64,000 nucleotides of DNA from Octopus vulgaris (GCA_951406725.2 OX597827.1:13950001-14014000), one strand, 5' to 3'; counted from the stretch's first letter, positions 14,276 through 29,189 are shown. Notes: generated by a model from the sequence alone, not told the origin. Numbers and translations: made by a program.

Positions 14276-15530
14276 CGTTCTTTCTATTTTTTCTATTTTC
14301 AATTTGTTTATAATTACACCATTTAACAAATGTTATCACTTAGCTGTGCAGGCCAGCACTGTTGCCAATTTTTTTTTTTTTTTTTTTGGTGGGGGACATT
14401 CATCCTGATTTCTGGGATTTCTTCAAAAGTTATAAGAATGGAAAAACAAGAGGAACTACATGCTGGATAGAAGACCAGATAAACTTTAAGTTTTTGTCTT
14501 GAAATTTTTTTTATCGTGATTGTTTTCTTTAAAAAAAAAAATTAAAATAATTCCCTTGAAACCAACCTGCCTAAGATAAGCTCTGGTTCTGTAATATAAG
14601 TACTTTGATTTCATGTGTTCATGTTTAAATTAAAATCTCTCATTATAGATTTATGTAAGAACCTTTTGTTATGTTCCAAACACTGACTTATTAATGAAAA
14701 AAGTTCAGACAGTAGAATAAATTTTCATGGCATAGAAATAATGAGTGCAGCTGTCCAAAACATTTGACTTCTCTGTGGAGAAAGAGAATACACACACACA
14801 CACACACACACATGTATGTATGTATGTATGTATGTATGTATGTATGTATGTATGTATGTATGTATTTATGTGTGTATGTATGTATGTATGCATGTATGTG
14901 CATGCATGTGTGTATGTATGTGTGTGTGTATGTGTGTGTGTATGTGTGTATGTATGTATGTATGTATGTATGTATGTATGTATGTATGTATGTATGCATG
15001 CATGTATGTATGTATGTATTGGTGTATGTATGTATTTATGTGTATGTATGTATGTATGTGTGTGTGTATGTATGTATGTAAGTATGTATATATTTTTGTA
15101 TGCGTGTGTGTATGTATGTATGTATGTATGTATGTATGTATGTATGTATGTATTCAACTATATCATCTGTAGTCCCACTTCCACAAGTATGTTTGGAGGA
15201 AAATCTGCAAATCTAGCGCAACAACTTTAAACTTTAAAGAGAATGGCTGAGGGTTAGCTGTTCCATTAATTAATTAATGAATTGATTAATTAATTGATTG
15301 ATTTTTGCATACAGACCTTTGTATAGTGAGGAAGCAGTTCCTCAAGCCATTTGAAACATTTGTAACAATGAATAAAGTTATGTAAAAATTATAATTCTTC
15401 AATCTCTGTCTGGTTGCTATTATACTCTGCAATTATTATACCAAACTACCGACCCGTTAATAACCTGGTTTACAGTTTGTATGGATTGCCCAGTGTAGTT
15501 AACCTATATGTATTAATATACTCTTCACTA

Positions 15531-15945
15531 AGGTGGTGAGATGGCAGAAACGTTAGCACGGCGGACAAAATGCTTAGCAGTATTTCATCTGCTGCTATGT
15601 TCTGAGTTCAAATTCCACCAAGGTTGACTTTGCCTTTCATCCTTCCGGGGTCGATAAATTAAGTAACAGTTACGCACTGGGGTCAATATAATCGACTTAC
15701 TCCATCTGTCTGTCCTTGTTTGTCCCCTCTGTGTTTAGCCCCTTGTGGGTAGTAAAGAAGTAGGTATTTCATCTGCTGCTATGTTCTGAGTACAAATTCC
15801 ACCAAGGTCGACTTTGCCTTTCATCCTTTCGGGGTCGATAAATTAAGTACCAGTTACGCACTGAGGTCGATGTCATCGACTTAATCAATCTGTCTGTCCT
15901 TGTTTGTCCCCTCTGTGTTTAGCCCCTTGTGGGTAGTAAAGAAAT
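15531..15945 (+). mobile_element. SINE family B tandem dimer
   Basis: The second unit restarts at ggtatttc (about 15763). Confidence 0.85.
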
Positions 15946-16358
15946 AAGAAATGTTAGCATCACCAGTGTGTGATAATCACCAGCTAATGAGTGAATAAAA
16001 CTTAGTGTAGATACAAATATCAAATTATATAGTCAATAACTCATTTCAGATTTTCAAGAAGTTAATCAAAGCTAGCTAATGAGATTTATATACTGAAAAA
16101 TAAAACTGTATATATTTTTGATGTATTTTTGTTTTGCTGAGATGTGGATGGAGTTCCTTCTTTCCTTTATATTTGTTTTGGTACAACTGAAAATTTGCAT
16201 GTTTTTTTTTTTGCCCTGTGGTTTTGGAAGTATTGTTGGGTGCTGCACCACTGACGAAGAAGTTTTTTTATTTCATTGGTCCCACCACAATGAAGTATCA
16301 GATGGTGCTTGGAAGAATGCCTGGCTAATCCAGTGCCTCAGCTTTGCAATTATCTGTG

Positions 16359-16587
16359 TTAATCCTTTCGTTACCAACCCGGCTGAAACCGGCTCGGGCT
16401 CTATAGTACAAATGTTTTGCTTTCATAAGTTTTGAAATAAAATCGTCCACTAAACCTTAGTCACAATTTATGTTCCTAACACCAGCTTAATTATTGCTAA
16501 GTTATTTTACTAAATTCTTTGTTATGTTTAAAGTAATTGAAAGAAACACAGAGCATCTCAAAATAAATACGGTAACGAAAGGGTTAA
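16359..16587. mobile_element. piggyBac-like MITE
   Basis: TTAA at 16359-16362 and 16584-16587; TIR (t/c)cctttcgttacc / ggtaacgaaaggg. Decayed relatives at about 14550, 25720/26380 and 34970. Confidence 0.8.
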
Positions 16588-16786
16588 TGCTGTGTTCTGG
16601 AGTGTCTCAAAACATCTTCAGGAGAAACACTAGTTTCCTCTGGCATGATGTGTAATCAAAGGAACATACTGCATTTACTTGTGTGTAAGTCACACCCCTA
16701 ATTTAGCGTTAAATCTTGCTACAAAATTTTTTCCCCCACTTCATAATATTAACTTTGTTCCGAGTATAAGCTGCATCCTGGCACAT

Positions 16787-17130
16787 CCATGCCGGTGGCA
16801 AGTAAAAAGCACCATTTGAGTGTGATTGTTACCAGTGTCACCTTACTGGGACTTGTGCCAGTGGCACATGAACAAAGCATTCGAGCTTAAAAAACACCAT
16901 TTTGAGCATGGCCGTTGCCAGTACTGCCTGACTGGCCCCCATGCCAGTGGCACGTAAAAGCACCCACTACACTCTCGGAGTGGTTAGCATTAGGAAGGGC
17001 ATCCAGCTGTAGAAACTCTGCCAGATCAGATTGGAGCCTGGCACAGCCATCTGGTTCGCTGGTCCTCAGTCAAATCGTCCAACCCATGCTAGCATGGAAA
17101 GCGGACGTTAAACGATGATGATGATGATGA
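16787..17130 (+). mobile_element. RTE 3'-UTR-only copy with repeated GTGCC-nnn-GGCAC-GTAAAAGCACC motifs and (GAT)n tail
   Basis: Homologous to the LINE tail at 48900-49160. Confidence 0.85.
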
Positions 17131-17335
17131 ATCAAGTATAGAATAGTGTGACTTACACATGCTTTTCTTACTTGTTTCAATCTTACCCCAAAAAAAATAT
17201 TGCCCAAGGTACCATGCAGTGCGATTGAACCTGGGAGCATATAGTTGGGAAGCAATCTTCTTCCCACACAGCCATGCCTGCACCTTGTTTTTTACATGAG
17301 CAAATGTGTTAAAAGTTTTTAACAGTAATGATATA

Positions 17336-17744
17336 GGCGTAGGAGTGGCTGTGTGGTAAGTAGCTTGCTAACCAACCACATGGTTCCGGGTTCAGTCCCA
17401 CTGCATGACATCTTGGGCAAGTGTCTTCTGCTATAGCCTCGGGCCGACCAATGCCTTGTGAGTGGATTTGGTAGACGGAAACTGAAAGAAGCCTGTCGTA
17501 TATATGTATATATATATATGTATGTGTGTGTGTTTGTGTGTCTGTGTTTGTCCCCCTAGCATTGCTTGACATCCGATGCTGGTGTGTTTACGTCCCCGTC
17601 ACTTAGCGGTTCGGCAAAAGAGACTGATAGAATAAGTACTGGGCTTACAAAGAATAAGTCCCGGGGTCGATTTGCTCGACTAAAAGGCAGTGCTCCAGCA
17701 TGGCCACAGTCAAATGACTGAAACAAGTAAAAGAGTAAAAGAGT
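17336..17744 (+). mobile_element. SINE family A, full length
   Basis: Consensus match from head to (gtaaaaga)n tail. Confidence 0.9.
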
Positions 17745-19205
17745 ACTGCCTCTTATATTTCATAATGCAAGTACATTTGTATGAATAAATACATAAGGTA
17801 CTTAGTTCTCTTTCCATTTATGTTTTTGATAATATTTGTAAATTCTCTGTTAATAAATGATGGCTTGGAAAAATATGTAAGTTCTCAGAAAGCAGTTCTA
17901 CAACTAGCTTTTAATTCCAATCACAACCATCTCATTTACGCAGCTACTACCTCAGAGAAAGTCATATGCATCACAATTTCTTTTCATTAAAATTCAAAGA
18001 TATCGTATCTAAATAAGAAATTGGTACTCAATAAACAAAGATTTTTCCAAATTAATTTTCTACTTTTCTTTAGATTTTATTTTTATTCCCCCACCCCAAA
18101 ACACCCAACCACCCTCCCAACCTACGAATGCAGAATAGCAGAATGAAATTATTTTGAAGCTCAGTTTCAAACCGGAGGAAGAAGAGATTTAGAACAGATA
18201 ATATGCGAAGCTTTAATACACACAGTCAATGCAAAATGGAACATTCCTAAATATCAAACTAAAACTGATCTATTCTTATGAGAAAAGACATATGTTGGAA
18301 TAACAGAAGACATAAAAAAAACAAAAAAAGAAAAATCAAATACAAAAAATAAAAATCATATATTGCAAACAGAACGATGTTTCTATACTAATCAAAGAAA
18401 CTGCAAGGAAACTCAAGAAAATCAACGAAGCTATCTGTATGTTTAGCACAAGCTGCAAATGGAATCAATATGCTCAATGCAGATTTCAGAACAAGTATGG
18501 CTACCATTATTGAACTGGATTCCAATATTCTTTTCTTCTTCTTTACTGGTTTCAGTCACTGGAGTGCGGCCATGCTGGGGCACTACCCGAAAGGATTTTT
18601 GGTGAGTCATAATCACCTCAATACGTAATTTTAAGACTGGTTCTTATTTTAACAATGATTGTTTGTTGCACTGTTAAGTTAAGGAATATAAACTGCTACA
18701 ACATAAGCACAACACTGGCTAACTGGTGTCGATATAAAGAAGAAGTATGTGTATACATTTATACATATATGCATATGCACACATATGCACATACATACAT
18801 ACACACATATAAACATACATTCATACATGCATACACATGTATACATGTATATATGTATACTTTATATATATACATATTTTAGTGGTAAAGAATTAGTTGA
18901 TCATATTGCACCAGTACTTGGCTGGTACCTTATTTTACTGACTCTGAAAGGATTAATGGCTAAGTTGACCTTGGTAGAATTTAACTCAGAATATAAAGAG
19001 TTACAAAAAAAAATACAGGTTTGAAGCCTGAAATTTGAAGACGTGAAACGATCATGAATATATTCATTCCCATTATGAAATTTAATTTGATAATAGCATA
19101 ATAATAATAATATTAATAATAATAATAATAATAACAATAATGATAATAATAATGGTAATAATGATGACGATGATGATAATGATAATAATAATGATAATAA
19201 TAATG

Positions 19206-19242
<37 letters not shown>

Positions 19243-19356
19243 TGATGATGATAATGATAATAATAATGATAATAATAATAATAATGACGATGATGATAAA
19301 GATAATAATAATAATAACAATAATAATGATGATGATGATGATGATGATAATAATAA

Positions 19357-19572
19357 GGATTCAAAATTTTGTCACATGGCCAGCAATTTGGAGGAAGTGG
19401 GTAAGTTGATTACATTGACCCTAGTACTCAACTGGTACTTACTTTATCAACCCCAAAAAAGATGAAAGGCAAAGTAGAACTCGGCAGAATTTGAACTCAG
19501 AACGTGAAGGCAGATAAACTGCTGTCAAGCATTTCGCCCAGCATGCCAACAATTCTGCCTGCTCATCGCCTT
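19357..19572 (-). mobile_element. SINE family B copy between (AAT/GAT)n and (GAT/GGT)n tracts
   Basis: Reverse complement of the B consensus. Confidence 0.75.
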
Positions 19573-19586
19573 AATGATGATGATGG

Positions 19587-19644
<58 letters not shown>

Positions 19645-19649
19645 GGTGA

Positions 19650-19683
<34 letters not shown>

Positions 19684-19697
19684 GGTGGTGGTGGTGG

Positions 19698-19743
<46 letters not shown>

Positions 19744-19754
19744 GATGATGGTGG

Positions 19755-19822
<68 letters not shown>

Positions 19823-19832
19823 TTGATGATGG

Positions 19833-19871
<39 letters not shown>

Positions 19872-20834
19872 CGATGATGATGATGATGATGATGACGATG
19901 ATGATGATGATGATGATGTTGATGATGTTGATGATGATGATGATGACGATGATAGTAATAAAAGAAGTTTACAGTTTGCTAAATGAACCTTGAGTTTTAA
20001 GTTTCCAATCTCACCAAAATCTATTCCATAGTTTACATGAAAAACAAACAAACAAAAAAAAAAAAAGAAAGGAAAAAAGAACAAAAGATTTTGCGAGATA
20101 GACAATGTAATGAGATATAAGCCTTAATCTAAGCAGAATCTATGAATTACTGATTGTATAAGTGAGACACACCCACAATCAAAAATGTTCCAAGTGTTAC
20201 AGGAATTGATTAACAATCTATATAACCTTACAATCAAGCAAGAGAAATGCAGACAAATATCATAGAGAGGCAGTAGAAAATAATACCTTCCTAATGAAAA
20301 TATAAAAGATATGAAAAACAAAAAATGAATATTTTTAAAAGTTATGATTAGATTCATTGTCACAGACTTAAAAATCAAAATATCAAACTTGAGATGGCTG
20401 ACAGCAATTAATGTGTCACTAACAAGTCAACCAGGCAGAAATGTATATATATACTGCTTGTTGTTCAAATATATTTCCTTTGTTTGTTGTTTGTTGTTTG
20501 TTGTCTTTTTACATATTTCTACCTTCGTTTGTATATTCTTTTATTCATTTCTGTCATTAGATTGCTGCGATTCAGGGGCAACGCCTCGAAGTGTTTAGTC
20601 AGTCCAAATTGACCACGGAACTTATTTTAAGTTTCATGGTACTTATTCTATCAGTTTTTTATGTTTTACTAATAGAATAACAACCAGATTTATTCTATTG
20701 CCATAAACAAACCAACACAAGTTGTCAAGTGGTGAGGGACAAATAAATACACTCTGCACACACATACATGTATACACAAACAATAAAGACTTAAATACTT
20801 GCATGTGTGTGTGTATATATAAATATATATATAT

Positions 20835-21040
20835 ATTTATAAAGTTTTGGAATTTACAAAATAGCAAAACAAAAGATGATGACTGGTGTGTAAACAACAA
20901 ACAGATGTATTAGTTTAACGCTTGGGAAGTGAAAAAGTCTTTTACATTTTGAGCCTATGCTCTTCAACAGAAAGGAACACAGAAATAAGCAGAGAGAGAA
21001 AATAAAAAAGGTTTAGTGGATAGTGATCAATCATGGCAAT
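20835..21040 (-). mobile_element. Second copy of the hammerhead-bearing insert (homologous to 4975-5120)
   Basis: Motif at 20938-20975: ccttt-CTGTTGA-a-gagc(atag)gctc-AAAATGTA-aaaga (CpG-type decay of GAAACGTA). Confidence 0.7.
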
Positions 21041-21244
21041 ATATATATGTGTGTATGCATATATGTATATATATTTATATTTTATTATATTTGTATTAAG
21101 GGCATTTATGTGTAGTAATGCCCTTAATATAAACAAATATATTTAAAAGGAATAATCATGAATTTTTCCCTTATGAGGTTTTTCTCATTGACTACTTGAT
21201 AAATTCTTGTAAAGATTTTATCCTATTTTTATATTTCATTATAA

Positions 21245-21455
21245 ATAAAAATAATAATAATGAAATTATTGTATACAGTGCTCAGGTGCACCACAACTTG
21301 TCAAAAGTGCATATAAAGTATGTGCAGTAATGTACAAATGTCTGGGAAGTGAACAGTATATGAGTCAGATACATGCTTGCGTGTGTATGGAGGAGAGAAA
21401 ATCAGGTGTAGTGTTGGCGAATCTCAGGAAGCATGGAAGTTTTGAAGGATGCAGT
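21245..21455 (-). mobile_element. 3' end fragment of a non-LTR element (CR1/L2-like)
   Basis: Minus strand ORF end TASFKTSMLPEIRQHYT*, short UTR, then an (ATT)n tail. The clade assignment is tentative. Confidence 0.45.
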
Positions 21456-22329
21456 ATATTCACATCATTCATAAATAAGTTTATATCAAATACTTAGCTT
21501 GCTGTATCGTTTTGGCATTGACGATTCCTGTTTATAATTATAAACACCAATTTGAGACAGGAAAGAAACAGGTCTTCTGACAAGTCAAAAATGATGTACC
21601 AACACTTGCCAGACAGTTAGATTACCTATTATATTACAGATCAACATGGATTACTATTATATATATATATATCATATATATCATGGGAGCACGTGATTGA
21701 ACAGGCTATCAGATGTTGTTACACATTACTGGTCAAAATGTGCTTTGCATCCTTTTAGTTTTTGAATGATGCCAACCCACTAGCTAGGCAGGCAGGCCAA
21801 GGCTATTTCATTGCAGGGTTAGCCCTTTACAATTGAGTGAACTGGTACAATGTGAAATGAAGCGTTTTGCTTGGGAACACTTCATTTCCCATTGCTCAAT
21901 GTGCAGTGAGTCTGGGAATGAAAATCATGATCTCACAATTGTGAGTGCAGCACACCTGACTACTAAGTCTCGTGTGCCTTCACTATATTATATATATAAT
22001 ATACAATATATATACATATATATATATATACACAAACACACCTTGGATCTGCTACATTCTATATAAATTCCCTACTGGGAATGACCAACTTTAAGAGAAT
22101 CTTACATTGCTTATAAACTTTACATTTGGATGGACTCGTATTAAACCCTGTTGGACTTTTGGATTTTACTCAAAGGATATTGGAATAATACACATATATA
22201 CCATTATGCCTATAAAACGGATTTATGAACTCAATAACCATACATGTCTTACATCTATTTTCTTTCCTCCTCCTCACTCTATTTGTATCACATTGAAACT
22301 AACTATGACTTAACTTTTCCTCTCACACC

Positions 22330-22384
22330 GTCTCCGATGAAGGGATATTATTACTAATTAATATTCTAGAAACAGCTGTAAGAC
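22330..22384 (+). ncRNA. Type I minimal hammerhead ribozyme motif
   Basis: gtct-CCGATGA-a-gggatatta(ttactaat)taatattct-a-GAAAC-AGCT-GTA-agac; palindromic ACAGCTGT stem III, GUA site. Confidence 0.7.
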
Positions 22385-22870
22385 CTTCTATCTATAAATG
22401 CTCTAATATCTATGCAAAAAATTCATACTTATATATACATATATATACATACATGTGTGTGTGTATGCTTCCACACAGTTTCCATTTATGAAATTTATTC
22501 ACAAGGGATTGGCTATTTCAGGACTATAATGAAAGATACTTGCCCAAAGTGCTGCACAGTGAGATCAAACCCCCAGACTATGTCTTTGCGAAGCAAGCTT
22601 CTTAACCATGCAGCCACACTTGCCTGTCTGCACCTATGCATGCACCAGTCTGGTACCACCACCCTTCGAAAAATACAGCAGTTAATAAAACTTTCTTGCA
22701 TAAATGTGAGACTAACAAATTATGCCTGAGAGGAAATATGTCAATAAACTAACGTCTACACTTCATTTACTGAAATACCCAGACAGAAAATAAACTGTAG
22801 ACTTTGGTTGTAGATAGGTATAGTTATTAGTACAAGGCTTTTATTTCATAACATACTTTGTGTGTGTGTA

Positions 22871-22918
<48 letters not shown>

Positions 22919-23322
22919 AGAGAGAGTGTGAGAGAGAGAGAGTAAAAAGTGATTTCAATCATTCTAGTTTTAACATAAGACACAGAGACTATCTCAAAGC
23001 CGATAAATGTTATTCTAGTTCTTTCCGTTCGCATCACAAGTTACAGTTAGAAAATGATGTACTACTGAAATAAAGAAGGATTTTTTTTTTTTTTCCTCTC
23101 TGTTATCCTATGAAAAGATTCTCAGCAAACCTGAAATAAAAATAACAAAAAAAAAAATCATAACAAAATTTACAAGAAGAAAACCCGAGTCCATTTTTAT
23201 CCCTTGCTAATTTATCTATAAGTCAGATGTTTCAATGTTTTATCTTATTTCAGTTCTTTAGAGTTACTCTCCACAAAAATGTTATTTAGCAAGATGATGG
23301 CCTGTAATTTACTGTTTACTAT

Positions 23323-23738
23323 ACTCTTTACTCTCTTTACTCTTTTACTTGTTTCAGTCATTTGACTGCGGCCATGCTGGAGCACCGCCTTTAGTCGAGC
23401 AAATCGACCCCGGGACTTATTCTTTGTAAGCCCAGTACTTATTCTATCGGTCTCTTTTGCCGAACCGCTAAGTGACGGGGACGTAAATATACCAGCCAGC
23501 ATCGGTTGTCAAGCAATGTTAGGGGGACAAACACAGACACACAAACACATACACACACATACATATATATATATATACATATATACGACAGGCTTCTTTC
23601 AGTTTCCGTCTACCAAATCCACTCACAAGGCATTGGTCGGCCCGGGGCTATAGCAGAAGACACTTGCCCAAGATGCCACGCAGTGGGACTGAACCCGGAA
23701 CCATGTGGTTGGTTAGCAAGCTACTTACCACACAGCCA
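23323..23738 (-). mobile_element. SINE family A
   Basis: Near-consensus copy. Confidence 0.9.
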
Positions 23739-24039
23739 TCTATTTTCTGTACAGATTTTCAATGCATGAATTTGCCAAGTTACATATTTGCACATAGCTG
23801 ATATTTTACAGTTGGGCATGATTCTTAATAAGAAATCACAATAACTTTATTTCACAGTAATGGTACAACAGTAATATTAATTCACATAAACAGGATTCTA
23901 TTACATCCATAAAATGATGGCTCTTTCCATTTTCATCTCATTCATTAACGAAGGTAGTCTTCTTATAAATCTTTAATAGGATACAAATGAACTCAAATAT
24001 TTCTGAATATATAAAAATTTTTGATCTGATATTTCATAT

Positions 24040-24773
24040 TTAAGACCTGTTGGGGCAAGTGAAATCGGAATCGAAATTGAACCAATCCTATGACTGGCAC
24101 CTGGCAGTTGCCAGGACCACTGGACTGACTCCTGTGCAGGTGGCAAGTGAAGAAACACCATTTCGACCCTGTGCTTGAGGAGATCCATTGAGTCAAGTAT
24201 ACCAACATCAAAACCAATGGAAACTGCAGTTGTGATCCCTGTGTCGGTGGCACGTAAAAGGCACCATCTGAACGTGGCCGATGCCAGCGCCACCTAGACT
24301 GGCTTCCAGGGCCGCTGGACTGACTCCTGTGCAGGCGGCAAGTGAAGAAACACCATTTCGACCCTGTGCTTGAGGAGATCCATTGAGTCAAGTACACCAA
24401 CATCAAAATCAATGGAAACTGCAGTTGTGATCCCTGTGTCGGTGGCACATATAAAAGAAGGATCTGAACATGGCCGATGCCAGCGCCACCTTGACTGGCT
24501 TCCATGCCGGTGGCACGTAAAAAGCACTATCCGAATCATGGCCGATGCCAGCGCTGCCTTGACTGGCTTCCGTGCCAGTGGCACGTAAAAAGCACCCACT
24601 ACACTCACGGAGTGGTTGGCGTTAGGAAGGGCATCCAGCTGTAGAAACATTGCCAGATAAGACCGGAGCCTGGTGCAGCCTTCTGGCTTCCCAGATCCCC
24701 AGTCAAACCGTCCAACCCATGCTAGCATGGAGAACAGACATTAAACGATGATGATGATGATGATGATGATGAT
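24040..24773 (+). mobile_element. Long RTE 3'-tail copy with six hairpin-motif units and an internal ~195-bp duplication
   Basis: Motif units at about 24132, 24239, 24327, 24434, 24503 and 24571; (GAT)n tail. Confidence 0.85.
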
Positions 24774-25786
24774 GAAGGATATCCTGAAAGAATGCTATCT
24801 AATATTAAGGTCAGCTGTTAAAGATATTTCTAGGGTCTTGTAAAAAGATTAATTAGCTATATAGATTAACCAGAGTCATTTTTGAAGAGCAATTGGAGGG
24901 GTAACTTCTCTTGGCACAATATTTGAGTAGGTAACTAAGGCATGGTCACAGATCTTTATAGACACACCTAGCTGCAGGCAAGGTTGTGTTACTAAGAAGT
25001 TTGTCTTAGAACCACATGCTTTTGTGTTCATTCCTGTTGTTTGGCACTATAGGCATGTCTAGTATCATTGCTTCAAGTTGATCCAAGCTCTGTGAGAATA
25101 ATTTGACATAAGGAAACTGTACGGAAGCCTGTCATTTATATATGCATACATAATATTTAGTCATTATGATTAGGCAGAAAGCTGACAGAATCATTAGTGC
25201 TGTTTCATTTATTCCTACATTCTGGGTTCAACTTCTGCTGGGGTTGACTTTGCTTTTCATCCTCTCGGGATTGATAAATTAAGTACCAGTTGAGCGTTGA
25301 GGTTGATGTAATCAATTTATCTCCTTTGAATTTTTTGGCCTTGTGCCAAAATTTGAAATCAATATTTTATCCCTAAAGACATGTAGCTCCCTAGAAAAGG
25401 ACATAATTCGAGATAAACTCAAGATAAAGATTGATAAAAATACGTACCAGTTTAAGTACTGGAATTAATAATAAATTTTATGGTTTTTTTTTAGGAAGTT
25501 ATCACTTTTTAGGGATTGAATATTACAAGGAAACACACAAATTTACAACTCTGTACAGAAACAGAAATACACTTACACACATACATGCATATATATACAT
25601 ATATAGATGACTGGTTTCTGTACAGCTTCTTTTAAAGGTGGCATTCCAATGATTAAATCCAGCAAAAGAAAATTATTGACAAAAATATAAAGCTAAATTG
25701 TAAAATGTGACTTCAGTTACCCCTTTTGGCAGCACCCCCCTGAGGCTGTTTCTGGTTCTAGGATAAAAATTTCATGTTTTAAAGTG

Positions 25787-26380
25787 ATCATCATCATCAT
25801 CATTGTTTAACGTCCGTTTTCCATGCTAGCATGGGTTGGACGGTTCGACCGGGGTCTGGGAAGCCAGGAGGCTGCGCCAGGCTCCAGTCTGATCTGGCAG
25901 TGTTTCTACAGCTGGATGCCATTCCTAATGCCAACCACTCCGTGAGTGTAGTGGCTGCTTTTTACGTGCCACCCACACAGGGGCCAGAGGAGGCTGGCAA
26001 TCGGCCACGATAAGTTGGTGCTTTTTATGTGTCACCAACACAGACGCCAGTCAGGCGGCGCTGGTATCAGCCACGTTCGAATGGTGCTTTTTACATGCCA
26101 CCAGCACAGGTATCACAACTACAATTTCCATTCGATTTTTATTTTGATGTTGATGTTGATGTACTTGACTCAATAGGTCTCCTCAAGCACAGCAGGTCAC
26201 CCTACGATCCAAGGTTAGCACAGCAGGCCATCCTGCAAGCCATGAACTCACTTCATTTATCGGGTCTTCGCAGTCACAGCATATCTCAGAGGTCTCAGTC
26301 TTTCCTCATTTCCTCTGTGAGGCCTAACATGCCACCAGCATGGGTATCACAACTACAATATCCATTTGATTTATATTTTG
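25787..26380 (-). mobile_element. RTE 3'-tail copy inserted into a piggyBac-like MITE
   Basis: (ATC)n tail followed by the reverse complement of the RTE tail; MITE halves at about 25720-25787 and 26380-26535. Confidence 0.75.
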
Positions 26381-26911
26381 ATCTAGAGATTAAAAGTTTC
26401 CTTCAAAATTTCTTATTATTTTATGTTTCAAACATTAGCTTAATGATAGCAAAGTTATTTTACTCAATTCTTCATTAATTTCGAAATTTATTTTTGCATA
26501 GGCAAGATATTTCAACAGAAATATGGTAACAAAAGAAGATTCTTTCAGGTGAAAAAACAAAACAAAAACAAAACCTTAGCCTAGTTACATCTTATATTCT
26601 TTTAAAAGGTTCAGAGTTACGGTAACCTAATCAAGAAACTATATGAATTGTGGAGTTTTCGCTATGGTCGCTAAAATGTGCTAAAACATGAAACTCAGTT
26701 AAAAGATTTTAATATCATATAAGTACAATTATTCTTAAGGTGGATCAATGCAATAAGGAATGAGCCCCTTAAGACATAATCTAGTTTTTCTAGCCCACGG
26801 TCAACAGATCTATGATCAAAAGTATGCTTAAGTCATGAATATAACCATCAATGCTTTATCCCAGACTACATAATCTAAAATATTCTTCTCTTATTATTTT
26901 AATAATGGTTT

Positions 26912-27122
26912 TTCAAATTTTTGCACAAGGCCAGCAATTTCAGGGGTGGGATAAGTCAATTGCATTGACTCCACTGTTCAACTGGCATTTATTTTATAGA
27001 CCCCCAAAAGGATGAAGGGCAAAGATGACCTCAGCACAATTTGAACTCAGAGCATAAAGATGAACGAAATGCCACAAGACATTTTGCCAGGTATGCTAAC
27101 GTTTCTTCCAGCTTGCCACCTT
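26912..27122 (-). mobile_element. SINE family B
   Basis: Reverse complement of the consensus. Confidence 0.75.
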
Positions 27123-27668
27123 CGTCTCTAATTTTTTTTTAATAATAGCAGAATGTGATGTAATGTGCAAAATATTTAGCAGCTATTTCTAGCAGGTCAT
27201 GGTGACCAATCTAATGTCTCCTTTTGTGGCTCAGAAGTAAACTGTTTTAATAGTGCTGCTGTTCTTGATAATGGAGTGCTCTAACGAATGCTATGACAAG
27301 GAAGGAATAAATGAAACACAAATAAATATATGTGTATGTTTATTTTGCTACTATTTAAATTGTTTCCTTGCATGTTTAGTGCCACCTTATAAGGGTTTAG
27401 ATGCAATACGATCTAATATCACACAGAAAACGATTTTTTTTTCTGAAGTTCACACCTCACAAAATATATTGACTTTTAAGAACATTAGCTTTGTTCTGAG
27501 AATCAATTTTTTTGGTAGGTAAACTCAAATTCTTTGATTTCTTTTTCTTCTTCATTCTGGATAAATTTATTGCAAATTATTAATTATTAACTAACTATTA
27601 ATACCGCTCTGTACTGAAGTTGGTAATATTTCTGCACACGCATACACACACACATGCACACATATACA

Positions 27669-27669
<1 letters not shown>

Positions 27670-27704
<35 letters not shown>

Positions 27705-27899
27705 CATATAAATATATATATACATATATATATGTATATATATATTTATATGTATAATATATATATATATATATATATATACATATTATACATATAGATA
27801 TATATATACATATATATATATGTATATATATATATATACATATTATACATATAGATATATATATACATATATATATATATGTATATATATATTTATATG

Positions 27900-27935
<36 letters not shown>

Positions 27936-28138
27936 TATACATATAAATATATATATACATATATATATATACATATATATATGTATACATATTATACATA
28001 TAAATATATATATACATATATATATATACATATTATACATATAAATATATATATACATATATATATATACATATACATATATATACATATACATTTATAT
28101 ACATACATATACATATATATACATATATACATATATAC

Positions 28139-28189
<51 letters not shown>

Positions 28190-28386
28190 TATATACATAT
28201 ATATACATACATATATATATACATTTATATATATACATATATATATATACACATATATATATACATATATATATATACACATATATATATATATATATAT
28301 ACATATATATACACACATCTACATATATATACACATATACATATATATACACATATACATATATATACACATATACATATACACAC

Positions 28387-28442
<56 letters not shown>
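27670..28442. repeat. Long (TA/CA)n compound microsatellite
   Basis: Direct reading. Similar tracts occur at about 116, 1140, 7290, 8100, 9125, 29150, 51595, 57565 and 62480. Confidence 0.95.
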
Positions 28443-28445
<3 letters not shown>

Positions 28446-29142
28446 GCTTCCTTCTGTTTCTAATTCGCACAGTTTTATAATTTATTAAGTCATCTGACAA
28501 CTACATTTGCATTCCATTCTTTGCACAGGTCGTTTCAGCTTTGTCATCGCTAAACTACACAATTCCCCATCTATTAAATAATCACATTAGCTTCATCTAC
28601 ATTTCTTTACTTTAAACACATTTTGTCATATTTTTGTCCTCAGTTTCCTGACTCTTAAATCTCTTTCTTCTCAAATATAAAACTCCGCGCGTTACAGACC
28701 AATGGCTAAAGCTTGCATTTTAACCTAACAAAATATACGCTGAGTCATTGATTTTTATCACAGCGCTCTGTAGAAGTATAACACATATGCACACTCACTT
28801 ATAAAAACAAACAAAAATAACAACATGAAATAAAATAAAAATAATAATAATAAAAAAAAAAAGGACTTATATTACACAAACAACTTTGATTTTTATATCC
28901 CTGAACATAAAAACCTGCAAAATCACTTTTCACATCAATGGGTATTGATTAAAGGTTTTATATAATTTCCAGTCATTATCAAGAGTGTATTTTTATTTTT
29001 TTTTGATACTTGAAAGATACACTTACATTATTTAGGATTAATGGCATATATCTTAGCTTTAGATTGCTTGAATATGCATTCGCTTTATTTTATTTATTTA
29101 TTCATTTATTTATACATATATATACATACATACCTGCATGCA

Positions 29143-29189
<47 letters not shown>

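Noticed and set aside
24100-24600. CRISPR-like repeat-spacer appearance
   Set aside because: The repeats are degenerate, the spacers are related to or duplicated from each other, the context is eukaryotic and there are no cas genes. It is an RTE 3' UTR and is reported as such.
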